Shown here piece by piece: positions 14,501 through 29,435 of a DNA stretch of 64,000 nt; position 1 is the first letter of the stretch; every line of letters starts with the position of its first letter. The notes below the pieces were generated by a model. That model saw only the letters and a program-made list of their open reading frames with translations. It had not been told where the DNA came from and did no database searches. The stretch lies in NCBI RefSeq assembly GCF_009914755.1, contig NC_060948.1. One strand, given 5' to 3'. Source of the DNA: the human T2T-CHM13v2.0 reference genome, Homo sapiens. Position numbers and translations under genes: made by a program.

Positions 14501-15114
14501 ATACAATGGAATATACTGGAATGTAACGTAATGAACTGGAATGTAATTGACTGGAATGGAATGTACATGAATGGAATGTAATCGAATGGAAAGTAATCCA
14601 ATGGAATAGAATCTAATGCAATAAAATCGACTCAGATAGAGTAGAATGTAATGGAATGGAGTGCAGTGCAATGGAATGGAATGGAATGGAATGCAATGGA
14701 ATGGAATGGAATGGAATGGAATGGAATGGAATGGAATGGAATGGAATGGGATGGAATGGTATGGAATGGATAGTAATGGACTGGAGTGAAATGGACTGGA
14801 AAGGAATGGACTCAAATTGACAGCGCTCGAAAGGAATGGAGTCAAATGGAATGGTCTGGAATGGAATGAACACGAATGTAATGCAACCCAATAGAATGGA
14901 ATCGAATGGCATGGAATATAAAGAAATGGAATCGAAGAGAATGGAAACAAATGGAATGGAATTGAATGGAATGGAATTGAATGGAATGGGAACGAATGGA
15001 GTGAAATTGTATGCAGTAGAAGAGAATAGAATGGAATGCAAGCGAAAGGAAAGGAATGGATTGGAATGGAATGGAATTCATTGGAATGGAAGGGAATGTA
15101 GTGTAATGGACAGG
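11526..15114 (+). repeat. DYZ1: DYZ1 unit U4, 3589 bp (type A')
   Basis: A markers plus AACTAGTGG near 12410; tract n=10. Confidence 0.95.
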
Positions 15115-18100
15115 CCTGGAATAAAGTGGAATGCTACGGTCTCGAATGGAATAAAAATGTATGGAATGGAATGCAATGAAACGGAATCGAATGTCATAGA
15201 ATGTAATGGAATGCAAAAAAATGGAATCCAAAATCATTGACTGGAAAGGCTGGGTGTCGAAAGGAATTGACTCCAACGGAATGGAATCGAATGGAATGGA
15301 AGTGAATAGAATCGAACTAAATCGAATGGAATGGAATTGATAGGAACGGAATGGAAAGGAATGCAATGATTTGGCATGGAATGGAATCGAATGGCATCGA
15401 ATGGAATGGAATGGAATGCAATGGAATGGAATGTATTAGAATGTAATGAACTTTAATGGAATGTACTCGAATGGATTCGACTGGAATGGAATGTTCTGGA
15501 AGTGAATGGACTCCAATGGAATGGATTCAAAAGGAATGGAATCGTACGGAATGGAATCTAATGGAATGGAATTAAATGGAAATGAATCAAATTGAATAGC
15601 ACGGAATTGAATTGAATGGAATGGAATGCAATTTAATCTAATGAAACGGAAAGGAAAGGAATGGAATGGAATGGAATGGGCTGGAATGGAAAGGAATCGA
15701 AACGAATGGAATGGAATCGAAGTGAAGAGACTGGAATGGAATGCACTGGAATGGAAGGGAGTGTAATGGAAGGTTCTCGAAAAAAATGGAATCGAATGGA
15801 ATGGAATTGAATGGAACGGAATAGAGTCGAATGGAATTGAATGGAATGGAATGGACTAGAGTGAAATGGAATCGAACCACAAGGAATGGACAGGAATAGA
15901 ATGGTCTCGAATTGAATGGAATCGTATGGAATGGCATCAAACGGAATGGAATGGACAGCCACGGAATGGAATGCACTCGAATGCAATGGAGTCGAAACTA
16001 ATGGACTGGAATAGAATGGACTCGACTGGTACGGACTCCAATGGAATGGAATCGAATGGAAGGGAATCGAACGGAAGGGAATCGAACGGAATGGACTCGA
16101 AGGGAAAAGACTGCAATGGAAAGGTCTCGAATGGAATGGAAATTAATGGAATGGAATGGAATCGAATGAAATGGAGTCAAAAGGAATGGAATCGAATGGC
16201 AAGAAATCGAATGTAATGGAATCGCCAGGAATTGATGTGAACGGAACGGAATGGAATGGAATCCAAAGGAATGGAATAGAATGGAATGGAATCGAATGGA
16301 AAGGACTCGAATGGAAATCACTCGAATAGAATGCAATTTAATAAAATAGGATCAAATGTAATGGAATGGAATGGAAAGGAATCGAAACGAAAGGAATGGA
16401 GACAGATGGAATGGAATGGAACAGAGAGCAATGGTATAGAATGGAATGGAATCATCTGGAATGGAATTGAATGGAATGGAATAATATGAAATGGAATGGA
16501 ATGGAATGGAATGGAATGCCCTTGAATTAAATGGACTGGAATGGAATGGACTCAAACAGAGTGGAATGGAATGTGTGGAGATAGAATGGAATGAACTCCT
16601 TTGGAATGGTCTAGTAGGCAATGCAATCGACTGGCAGGGAATCAAAAGGTATGTAATCGAATGGATTGGACTGGAATGCAAAGGACTCGAATAGATTGGA
16701 AACGGAATGCAAAGGAATGGAATGGAATAGTATGGAATGCAATGGAAGGGAATGGAGTGGAATAGACTAGAGTGGAATGGAATGGACTGGAAAGCAATGG
16801 ACTGGAATGGAACTTTCTTGGATGGACTGGAATCAAACGGAATGGAATGCAGTGCAATCAAATGGCATGGAATAAAATAGAATGAAAGAGAATCAAATGG
16901 AATTGAATCGAATGGAATCGAATGGATTGGAAAGGAATAGAATGGAATGGAATGGAATGGACTCAAATGGAATGGACTAGAATGGAATGGATTCGAATGG
17001 AAGGCAAAGGAATGGAATCTATTGGAATGGACTGTAATGGAATGGAATGGAAGGGATTGGAATGGACTCGAATGGAATGGACTGCAATAGAAAGGATTCG
17101 AATGGAATGAAAAAGAATTGAATGGAATAGAACAGAATGGAATCAAATCGAATGAAATGGAATGGAATAGAAAGGAATGGAATGAAATGGAATGGAAAGG
17201 ATTCGAATGGAATGCAATCGAATGGAATGGAATCGAACGGAATGGAATAAAATGGAAGAAAACTGGCAAGAAATGGAATCGAAATGAATGGAGTGTTATG
17301 GAACGGACTCAAAAGGAATTGAATGTAATAGAATGGAGTCTAGTGGACTCGAATATAATGGACTGGAATGGAATGAAATCACATGGAATGGGAACGAATG
17401 GAATGGAATGGAAAGGAATGGAATCGAATGGAAAGGAATCGAATGGAAGGGAATGAAATTGAGTCAACACGAATGGAAGGGAATAGAATAGACTGTAATG
17501 GAATGGACTCGAATAGAATTGACACGAATGCTCAAATTAAATGGACTCGAATGGAATGGAAACGAAAGGAATGTCATCGAATGGAATTGAATCGATTGGA
17601 ATGAAATCGCATAGAATGGAGTGGAATCAAATGGAATTGAATCGAAAGGAAAGGAAGCGAATGGACTGAAATGAAATGGAATGGAATTGAATGGAAAGTA
17701 ATGCAATGGAATAGAATGGAACGAAATTTCACGGAATGGAATCAAACTGAATGGAATCAAATCAATGGAATCAAATCAAATGGAATGGAAAGGAATTGAA
17801 TGGAGTAGATGGGATTGGATGGGATTGGAATGAAATGTACTGGAAAGGACTCGAATTTCATGAAACGGAATGGAATGAAATGGAACGGAATGGACTCGAA
17901 TGGAATGGAATGTCATGGGATGGCATCAAATGGAATGACATCAAATGGAATGGAATCGAATGCAATGGAATGCTATGGAATGGAATGGAATGCATTGGAA
18001 TGGAATGTTCTCTAATGGAATGGATTCGAGTGGAATGGAATTGAATATAATGGAGTCGAATGAAATAGAATTGAAAGGAATGGGATCGAATACAATGGAA

Positions 18101-18688
18101 TATACAGGAATGTAACGTAATGAACTCGAATGTAATTGACTGGAATGGAATGTACATGAATGGAATGTAATCGAATGGAAAGTAATCCAATGGAATAGAA
18201 TCTAATGCAATAAAATCGACTCAGATAGAGTAGAATGTAATGGAATGGAGTGCAGTGCAATGGAATGGAATGGAATGGAATGCAATGGAATGGAATGGAA
18301 TGGAATGGAATGGAATGGAATGGAATGGAATGGAATGGGATGGAATGGTATGGAATGGATAGTAATGGACTGGAGTGAAATGGACTGGAAAGGAATGGAC
18401 TCAAATTGAATGGGCTCGAAAGGAATGGAGTCAAATGGAATGGTCTGGAATGGAATGAACACGAATGTAATGCAACCCAATAGAATGGAATCGAATGGCA
18501 TGGAATATAAAGAAATGGAATCGAAGAGAATGGAAACAAATGGAATGGAATTGAATGGAATGGGAACGAATGGAGTGAAATTGTATGCAGTAGAAGAGAA
18601 TAGAATGGAATGCAAGCGAAAGGAAAGGAATGGATTGGAATGGAATGGAATTCATTGGAATGGAAGGGAATGTAGTGTAATGGACAGG
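15115..18688 (+). repeat. DYZ1: DYZ1 unit U5, 3574 bp (type B)
   Basis: GG>TT at 15633-15634, GGTCTAGTAGGC near 16610, 15-bp deletion near 18550. Confidence 0.95.
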
Positions 18689-21600
18689 CCTGGAATAAAG
18701 TGGAATGCTACGGTCTCGAATGGAATAAAAATGTATGGAATGGAATGCAATGAAACGGAATCGAATGTCATAGAATGTAATGGAATGCAAAAAAATGGAA
18801 TCCAAAATCATTGACTGGAAAGGCTGGGTGTCGAAAGGAATTGACTCCAATGGAATGGAATCGAATGGAATGGAAGTGAATAGAATCGAACTAAATCGAA
18901 TGGAATGGAATTGATAGGAACGGAATGGAAAGGAATGCAATGATTTGGCTTGGAATGGAATCGAATGGCATCGAATGGAATGGAATGGAATGCAATGGAA
19001 TGGAATGTATTAGAATGTAATGAACTTTAATGGAATGTACTCGAATGGATTCGACTGGAATGGAATGTTCTGGAAGTGAATGGACTCCAATGGAATGGAT
19101 TCAAAAGGAATGGAATCGTACGGAATGGAATCTAATGGAATGGAATTAAATGGAAATGAATCAAATTGAATAGCACGGAATTGAATTGAATGGAATGGAA
19201 TGCAATGGAATCTAATGAAACGGAAAGGAAAGGAATGGAATGGAATGGAATGGGCTGGAATGGAAAGGAATCGAAACGAATGGAATGGAATCGAAGTGAA
19301 GAGACTGGAATGGAATGCACTGGAATGGAAGGGAGTGTAATGGAAGGTTCTCGACAAAAATGGAATCGAATGGAATGGAATTGATTGGAACGGAATAGAG
19401 TCGAATGGAATTGAATGGAATGGAATGGACTAGAGTGAAATGGAATCGAACCACAAGGAATGGACAGGAATAGAATGGTCTCGAATTGAATGGAATCGTA
19501 TGGAATGGCATCAAACGGAATGGAATGGACAGCCACGGAATGGAATGCACTCGAATGCAATGGAGTCGAAACTAATGGACTGGAATAGAATGGACTCGAG
19601 TGGTACGGACTCCAATGGAATGGAATCGAATGGAAGGGAATCGAACGGAATGGAATCGAACGGAATGGACTCGAAGGGAAAAGACTGCAATGGAAAGGTC
19701 TCGAATGGAATGGAAATTAATGGAATGGAATGGAATCGAATGAAATGGAGTCAAAAGGAATGGAATCGAATGGCAAGAAATCGAATGTAATGGAATCGCC
19801 AGGAATTGATGTGAACGGAACGGAATGGAATGGAATCCAAAGGAATGGAATAGAATGGAATGGAATCGAATGGAAAGGACTCGAATGGAAATCACTCGAA
19901 TAGAATGCAATTTAATAAAATAGGATCAAATGTAATGGAATGGAATGGAAAGGAATCGAAACGAAAGGAATGGAGACAGATGGAATGGAATGGAACAGAG
20001 AGCAATGGTATAGAATGGAATGGAATCATCTGGAATGGAATTGAATGGAATGGAATAATATGAAATGGAATGGAATGGAATGGAATGGAATGCCCTTGAA
20101 TTAAATGGACTGGAATGGAATGGACTCAAACAGAGTGGAATGGAAAGTGTGGAGATAGAATGGAATGAACTCCTTTGGAATGGTGTAGTATGCAATGCAA
20201 TCGACTGGCAGGGAATCAAAAGGAATGTAATCGAATGGATTGGACTGGAATGCAATGGACTCGAATAGATTGGAAACGGAATGCAAAGGAATGGAATGGA
20301 ATAGTATGGAATGCAATGGAAGGGAATGGAGTGGAATAGACTAGAGTGGAATGGAATGGACTGGAAAGCAATGGACTGGAATGGAACTTTCTTGGATGGA
20401 CTGGAATCAAACGGAATGGAATGCAATGCAATCAAATTGCATGGAATAAAATAGAATGAAAGAGAATCAAATGGAATTGAATCGAATGGAATCGAATGGA
20501 TTGGAAAGGAATAGAATGGAATGGAATGGAATTGACTCAAATGGAATGGACTAGAATGGAATGGATTCGAATGGAAGGCAAAGGAATGGAATCTATTGGA
20601 ATGGACTGTAATGGAATGGAATGGAAGGGATTGGAATGGACTCGAATGGAATGGACTGCAATAGAAAGGATTCGAATGGAATGAAAAAGAATTGAATGGA
20701 ATAGAACAGAATGGAATCAAATCGAATGAAATGGAATGGAATAGAAAGGAATGGAATGAAATGGAATGGAAAGGATTCGAATGGAATGCAATCGAATGGA
20801 ATGGAATCGAACGGAATGGAATAAAATGGAAGAAAACTGGCAAGAAATGGAATCGAAATGAATGGAGTGTTATGGAACGGACTCAAAAGGAATTGAATGT
20901 AATAGAATGGAGTGGAGTGGACTCGAATATAATGGACTGGAATGGAATGAAATCACATGGAATGGGAACGAATGGAATGGAATGGAAAGGAATGGAATCG
21001 AATGGAAAGGAATCAAATGGAAGGGAATGAAATTGAATCAACACGAATGGAAGGGAATAGAATAGACTGTAATGGAATGGACTCGAATAGAATGGACACG
21101 AATGCTCAAATTAAATGGACTCGAATGGAATGGAAACGAAAGGAATGTCATCGAATGGAATTGAATCGATTGGAATGAAATCGCATAGAATGGAGTGGAA
21201 TCAAATGGAATTGAATCGAAAGGAAAGGAAGCGAATGGACTGAAATGAAACGGAATGGAATTGAATGGAAAGTAATGCAATGGAATAGAATGGAACGAAA
21301 TTTCACGGAATGGAATCAAACTGAATGGAATCAAATCAATGGAATCAAATCAAATGGAATGGAAAGGAATTGAATGGAGTAGATGGGATTGGATGGGATT
21401 GGAATGAAATGTACTGGAAAGGACTCGAATTTCATGAAACGGAATGGAATGAATTGGAACGGAATGGACTCGAATGGAATGGAATGTCATGGGATGGCAT
21501 CAAATGGAATGACATCAAATGGAATGGAATCGAATGCAATGGAATGCTATGGAATGGAATGGAATGCATTGGAATGGAATGTCCGCTAATGGAATGGATT

Positions 21601-22277
21601 CGAGTGGAATGGAATTGAATATAATGGAGTCGAATGAAATGGAATTGAAAGGAATGGGATCGAATACAATGGAATATACTGGAATGTAACGTAATGAACT
21701 GGAATGTAATTGACTGGAATGGAATGTACATGAATGGAATGTAATCGAATGGAAAGTAATCCAATGGAATAGAATCTAATGCAATAAAATCGACTCAGAT
21801 AGAGTAGAATGTAATGGAATGGAGTGCAGTGCAATGGAATGGAATGGAATGGAATGCAATGGAATGGAATGGAATGGAATGGAATGGAATGGAATGGAAT
21901 GGAATGGAATGGGATGGAATGGTATGGAATGGATAGTAATGGACTGGAGTGAAATGGACTGGAAAGGAATGGACTCAAATTGACAGCGCTCGAAAGGAAT
22001 GGAGTCAAATGGAATGGTCTGGAATGGAATGAACACGAATGTAATGCAACCCAATAGAATGGAATCGAATGGCATGGAATATAAAGAAATGGAATCGAAG
22101 AGAATGGAAACAAATGGAATGGAATTGAATGGAATGGAATTGAATGGAATGGGAACGAATGGAGTGAAATTGTATGCAGTAGAAGAGAATAGAATGGAAT
22201 GCAAGCGAAAGGAAAGGAATGGATTGGAATGGAATGGAATTCATTGGAATGGAAGGGAATGTAGTGTAATGGACAGG
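18689..22277 (+). repeat. DYZ1: DYZ1 unit U6, 3589 bp (type C)
   Basis: TTGGCTTGG near 18950, TCGACA at 19351-19356, AAACGG near 21251. Confidence 0.95.
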
Positions 22278-25200
22278 CCTGGAATAAAGTGGAATGCTAC
22301 GGTCTCGAATGGAATAAAAATGTATGGAATGGAATGCAATGAAACGGAATCGAATGTCATAGAATGTAATGGAATGCAAAAAAATGGAATCCAAAATCAT
22401 TGACTGGAAAGGCTGGGTGTCGAAAGGAATTGACTCCAACGGAATGGAATCGAATGGAATGGAAGTGAATAGAATCGAACTAAATCGAATGGAATGGAAT
22501 TGATAGGAACGGAATGGAAAGGAATGCAATGATTTGGCATGGAATGGAATCGAATGGCATCGAATGGAATGGAATGGAATGCAATGGAATGGAATGTATT
22601 AGAATGTAATGAACTTTAATGGAATGTACTCGAATGGATTCGACTGGAATGGAATGTTCTGGAAGTGAATGGACTCCAATGGAATGGATTCAAAAGGAAT
22701 GGAATCGTACGGAATGGAATCTAATGGAATGGAATTAAATGGAAATGAATCAAATTGAATAGCACGGAATTGAATTGAATGGAATGGAATGCAATGGAAT
22801 CTAATGAAACGGAAAGGAAAGGAATGGAATGGAATGGAATGGGCTGGAATGGAAAGGAATCGAAACGAAAGGAATGGAATCGAAGTGAAGAGACTGGAAT
22901 GGAATGCACTGGAATGGAAGGGAGTGTAATGGAAGGTTCTCGAAAAAAATGGAATCGAATGGAATGGAATTGAATGGAACGGAATAGAGTCGAATGGAAT
23001 TGAATGGAATGGAATGGACTAGAGTGAAATGGAATCGAACCACAAGGAATGGACAGGAATAGAATGGTCTCGAATTGAATGGAATCGTATGGAATGGCAT
23101 CAAACGGAATGGAATGGACAGCCACGGAATGGAATGCACTCGAAAGCAATGGAGTCGAAACTAGTGGACTGGAATAGAGTGGACTCGACTGGTACGGACT
23201 CCAATGGAATGGAATCGAATGGAAGGGAATCGAACGGAAGGGAATCGAACGGAATGGACTCGAAGGGAAAAGACTGCAATGGAAAGGTCTCGAATGGAAT
23301 GGAAATTAATGGAATGGAATGGAATCGAATGAAATGGAGTCAAAAGGAATGGAATCGAATGGCAAGAAATCGAATGTAATGGAATCGCCAGGAATTGATG
23401 TGAACGGAACGGAATGGAATGGAATCCAAAGGAATGGAATAGAATGGAATGGAATCGAATGGAAAGGACTCGAATGGAAATCACTCGAATAGAATGCAAT
23501 TTAATAAAATAGGATCAAATGTAATGGAATGGAATGGAAAGGAATCGAAACGAAAGGAATGGAGACAGATGGAATGGAATGGAACAGAGAGCAATGGTAT
23601 AGAATGGAATGGAATCATCTGGAATGGAATTGAATGGAATGGAATAATATGAAATGGAATGGAATGGAATGGAATGGAATGCCCTTGAATTGAATGGACT
23701 GGAATAGAATGGACTCAAACAGAGTGGAATGGAAAGTGTGGAGATAGAATGGAATGAACTCCTTTGGAATGGTGTAGTATGCAATGCAATCGACTGGCAG
23801 GGAATCAAAAGGTATGTAATCGAATGGATTGGACTGGAATGCAAAGGACTCGAATAGATTGGAAACGGAATGCAAAGGAATGGAATGGAATAGTATGGAA
23901 TGCAATGGAAGGGAATGGAGTGGAATAGACTAGAGTGGAATGGAATGGACTGGAAAGCAATGGACTGGAATGGAACTTTCTTGGATGGACTGGAATCAAA
24001 CGGAATGGAATGCAGTGCAATCAAATGGCATGGAATAAAATAGAATGAAAGAGAATCAAATGGAATTGAATCGAATGGAATCGAATGGATTGGAAAGGAA
24101 TAGAATGGAATGGAATGGAATGGACTCAAATGGAATGGACTAGAATGGAATGGATTCGAATGGAAGGCAAAGGAATGGAATCTATTGGAATGGACTGTAA
24201 TGGAATGGAATGGAAGGGATTGGAATGGACTCGAATGGAATGGACTGCAATAGAAAGGATTCGAATGGAATGAAAAAGAATTGAATGGAATAGAACAGAA
24301 TGGAATCAAATCGAATGAAATGGAATGGAATAGAAAGGAATGGAATGAAATGGAATGGAAAGGATTCGAATGGAATGCAATCGAATGGAATGGAATCGAA
24401 CGGAATGGAAGAAAATGGAAGAAAACTGGCAAGAAATGGAATCGAAATGAATGGAGTGTTATGGAACGGACTCAAAAGGAATTGAATGTAATAGAATGGA
24501 GTGGAGTGGACTCGAATATAATGGACTGGAATGGAATGAAATCACATGGAATGGGAACGAATGGAATGGAATGGAAAGGAATGGAATCGAATGGAAAGGA
24601 ATCGAATGGAAGGGAATGAAATTGAATCAACAGGAATGGAAGGCAATAGAATAGACTGTAATGGAATGGACTCGAATAGAATGGACACGAATGCTCAAAT
24701 TAAATGGACTCGAATGGAATGGAAACGAAAGGAATGTCATCGAATGGAATTGAATCGATTGGAATGAAATCGCATAGAATGGAGTGGAATCAAATGGAAT
24801 TGAATCGAAAGGAAAGGAAGCGAATGGACTGAAATGAAATGGAATGGAATTGAATGGAAAGTAATGCAATGGAATAGAATGGAACGAAATTTCACGGAAT
24901 GGAATCAAACTGAATGGAATCAAATCAATGGAATCAAATCAAATGGAATGGAAAGGAATTGAATGGAGTAGATGGGATTGGATGGGATTGGAATGAAATG
25001 TACTGGAAAGGACTCGAATTTCATGAAACGGAATGGAATGAATTGGAACGGAATGGACTCGAATGGAATGGAATGTCATGGGATGGCATCAAATGGAATG
25101 ACATCAAATGGAATGGAATCGAATGCAATGGAATGCTATGGAATGGAATGGAATGCATTGGAATGGAATGTCCGCTAATGGAATGGATTCGAGTGGAATG

Positions 25201-25866
25201 GAATTGAATATAATGGAGTCGAATGAAATGGAATTGAAAGGAATGGGATCGAATACAATGGAATATACTGGAATGTAACGTAATGAACTGGAATGTAATT
25301 GACTGGAATGGAATGTACATGAATGGAATGTAATCGAATGGAAAGTAATCCAATGGAATAGAATCTAATGCAATAAAATCGACTCAGATAGAGTAGAATG
25401 TAATGGAATGGAGTGCAGTGCAATGGAATGGAATGGAATGGAATGCAATGGAATGGAATGGAATGGAATGGAATGGAATGGAATGGAATGGAATGGAATG
25501 GGATGGAATGGTATGGAATGGATAGTAATGGACTGGAGTGAAATGGACTGGAAAGGAATGGACTCAAATTGACAGCGCTCGAAAGGAATGGAGTCAAATG
25601 GAATGGTCTGGAATGGAATGAACACGAATGTAATGCAACCCAATAGAATGGAATCGAATGGCATGGAATATAAAGAAATGGAATCGAAGAGAATGGAAAC
25701 AAATGGAATGGAATTGAATGGAATGGAATTGAATGGAATGGGAACGAATGGAGTGAAATTGTATGCAGTAGAAGAGAATAGAATGGAATGCAAGCGAAAG
25801 GAAAGGAATGGATTGGAATGGAATGGAATTCATTGGAATGGAAGGGAATGTAGTGTAATGGACAGG
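22278..25866 (+). repeat. DYZ1: DYZ1 unit U7, 3589 bp (type A')
   Basis: Same markers as U4, offset 10752. Confidence 0.95.
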
Positions 25867-28800
25867 CCTGGAATAAAGTGGAATGCTACGGTCTCGAATG
25901 GAATAAAAATGTATGGAATGGAATGCAATGAAACGGAATCGAATGTCATAGAATGTAATGGAATGCAAAAAAATGGAATCCAAAATCATTGACTGGAAAG
26001 GCTGGGTGTCGAAAGGAATTGACTCCAACGGAATGGAATCGAATGGAATGGAAGTGAATAGAATCGAACTAAATCGAATGGAATGGAATTGATAGGAACG
26101 GAATGGAAAGGAATGCAATGATTTGGCATGGAATGGAATCGAATGGCATCGAATGGAATGGAATGGAATGCAATGGAATGGAATGTATTAGAATGTAATG
26201 AACTTTAATGGAATGTACTCGAATGGATTCGACTGGAATGGAATGTTCTGGAAGTGAATGGACTCCAATGGAATGGATTCAAAAGGAATGGAATCGTACG
26301 GAATGGAATCTAATGGAATGGAATTAAATGGAAATGAATCAAATTGAATAGCACGGAATTGAATTGAATGGAATGGAATGCAATTTAATCTAATGAAACG
26401 GAAAGGAAAGGAATGGAATGGAATGGAATGGGCTGGAATGGAAAGGAATCGAAACGAATGGAATGGAATCGAAGTGAAGAGACTGGAATGGAATGCACTG
26501 GAATGGAAGGGAGTGTAATGGAAGGTTCTCGAAAAAAATGGAATCGAATGGAATGGAATTGAATGGAACGGAATAGAGTCGAATGGAATTGAATGGAATG
26601 GAATGGACTAGAGTGAAATGGAATCGAACCACAAGGAATGGACAGGAATAGAATGGTCTCGAATTGAATGGAATCGTATGGAATGGCATCAAACGGAATG
26701 GAATGGACAGCCACGGAATGGAATGCACTCGAATGCAATGGAGTCGAAACTAATGGACTGGAATAGAATGGACTCGACTGGTACGGACTCCAATGGAATG
26801 GAATCGAATGGAAGGGAATCGAACGGAAGGGAATCGAACGGAATGGACTCGAAGGGAAAAGACTGCAATGGAAAGGTCTCGAATGGAATGGAAATTAATG
26901 GAATGGAATGGAATCGAATGAAATGGAGTCAAAAGGAATGGAATCGAATGGCAAGAAATCGAATGTAATGGAATCGCCAGGAATTGATGTGAACGGAACG
27001 GAATGGAATGGAATCCAAAGGAATGGAATAGAATGGAATGGAATCGAATGGAAAGGACTCGAATGGAAATCACTCGAATAGAATGCAATTTAATAAAATA
27101 GGATGAAATGTAATGGAATGGAATGGAAAGGAATCGAAACGAAAGGAATGGAGACAGATGGAATGGAATGGAACAGAGAGCAATGGTATAGAATGGAATG
27201 GAATCATCTGGAATGGAATTGAATGGAATGGAATAATATGAAATGGAATGGAATGGAATGGAATGGAATGCCCTTGAATTAAATGGACTGGAATGGAATG
27301 GACTCAAACAGAGTGGAATGGAATGTGTGGAGATAGAATGGAATGAACTCCTTTGGAATGGTCTAGTAGGCAATGCAATCGACTGGCAGGGAATCAAAAG
27401 GTATGTAATCGAATGGATTGGACTGGAATGCAAAGGACTCGAATAGATTGGAAACGGAATGCAAAGGAATGGAATGGAATAGTATGGAATGCAATGGAAG
27501 GGAATGGAGTGGAATAGACTAGAGTGGAATGGAATGGACTGGAAAGCAATGGACTGGAATGGAACTTTCTTGGATGGACTGGAATCAAACGGAATGGAAT
27601 GCAGTGCAATCAAATGGCATGGAATAAAATAGAATGAAAGAGAATCAAATGGAATTGAATCGAATGGAATCGAATGGATTGGAAAGGAATAGAATGGAAT
27701 GGAATGGAATGGACTCAAATGGAATGGACTAGAATGGAATGGATTCGAATGGAAGGCAAAGGAATGGAATCTATTGGAATGGACTGTAATGGAATGGAAT
27801 GGAAGGGATTGGAATGGACTCGAATGGAATGGACTGCAATAGAAAGGATTCGAATGGAATGAAAAAGAATTGAATGGAATAGAACAGAATGGAATCAAAT
27901 CGAATGAAATGGAATGGAATAGAAAGGAATGGAATGAAATGGAATGGAAAGGATTCGAATGGAATGCAATCGAATGGAATGGAATCGAACGGAATGGAAT
28001 AAAATGGAAGAAAACTGGCAAGAAATGGAATCGAAATGAATGGAGTGTTATGGAACGGACTCAAAAGGAATTGAATGTAATAGAATGGAGTCTAGTGGAC
28101 TCGAATATAATGGACTGGAATGGAATGAAATCACATGGAATGGGAACGAATGGAATGGAATGGAAAGGAATGGAATCGAATGGAAAGGAATCGAATGGAA
28201 GGGAATGAAATTGAGTCAACACGAATGGAAGGGAATAGAATAGACTGTAATGGAATGGACTCGAATAGAATGGACACGAATGCTCAAATTAAATGGACTC
28301 GAATGGAATGGAAACGAAAGGAATGTCATCGAATGGAATTGAATCGATTGGAATGAAATCGCATAGAATGGAGTGGAATCAAATGGAATTGAATCAAAAG
28401 GAAAGGAAGCGAATGGACTGAAATGAAATGGAATGGAATTGAATGGAAAGTAATGCAATGGAATAGAATGGAACGAAATTTCACGGAATGGAATCAAACT
28501 GAATGGAATCAAATCAATGGAATCAAATCAAATGGAATGGAAAGGAATTGAATGGAGTAGATGGGATTGGATGGGATTGGAATGAAATGTACTGGAAAGG
28601 ACTCGAATTTCATGAAACGGAATGGAATGAATTGGAACGGAATGGACTCGAATGGAATGGAATGTCATGGGATGGCATCAAATGGAATGACATCAAATGG
28701 AATGGAATCGAATGCAATGGAATGCTATGGAATGGAATGGAATGCATTGGAATGGAATGTTCTCTAATGGAATGGATTCGAGTGGAATGGAATTGAATAT

Positions 28801-29435
28801 AATGGAGTCGAATGAAATAGAATTGAAAGGAATGGGATCGAATACAATGGAATATACAGGAATGTAACGTAATGAACTCGAATGTAATTGACTGGAATGG
28901 AATGTACATGAATGGAATGTAATCGAATGGAAAGTAATCCAATGGAATAGAATCTAATGCAATAAAATCGACTCAGATAGAGTAGAATGTAATGGAATGG
29001 AGTGCAGTGCAATGGAATGGAATGGAATGGAATGCAATGGAATGGAATGGAATGGAATGGAATGGAATGGAATGGAATGGAATGGGATGGAATGGTATGG
29101 AATGGATAGTAATGGACTGGAGTGAAATGGACTGGAAAGGAATGGACTCAAATTGAATGGGCTCGAAAGGAATGGAGTCAAATGGAATGGTCTGGAATGG
29201 AATGAACACGAATGTAATGCAACCCAATAGAATGGAATCGAATGGCATGGAATATAAAGAAATGGAATCGAAGAGAATGGAAACAAATGGAATGGAATTG
29301 AATGGAATGGGAACGAATGGAGTGAAATTGTATGCAGTAGAAGAGAATAGAATGGAATGCAAGCGAAAGGAAAGGAATGGATTGGAATGGAATGGAATTC
29401 ATTGGAATGGAAGGGAATGTAGTGTAATGGACAGG
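25867..29435 (+). repeat. DYZ1: DYZ1 unit U8, 3569 bp (type B)
   Basis: Same markers as U5; tract n=9; private changes at 27105 and 28396. Confidence 0.95.

Noticed and set aside
26750-28021. Longest ORF (423 aa, minus strand), unique to U8
   Set aside because: A single private C>G at 27105 removes one stop and joins two artefactual frames. The sister unit U5 retains the stop.
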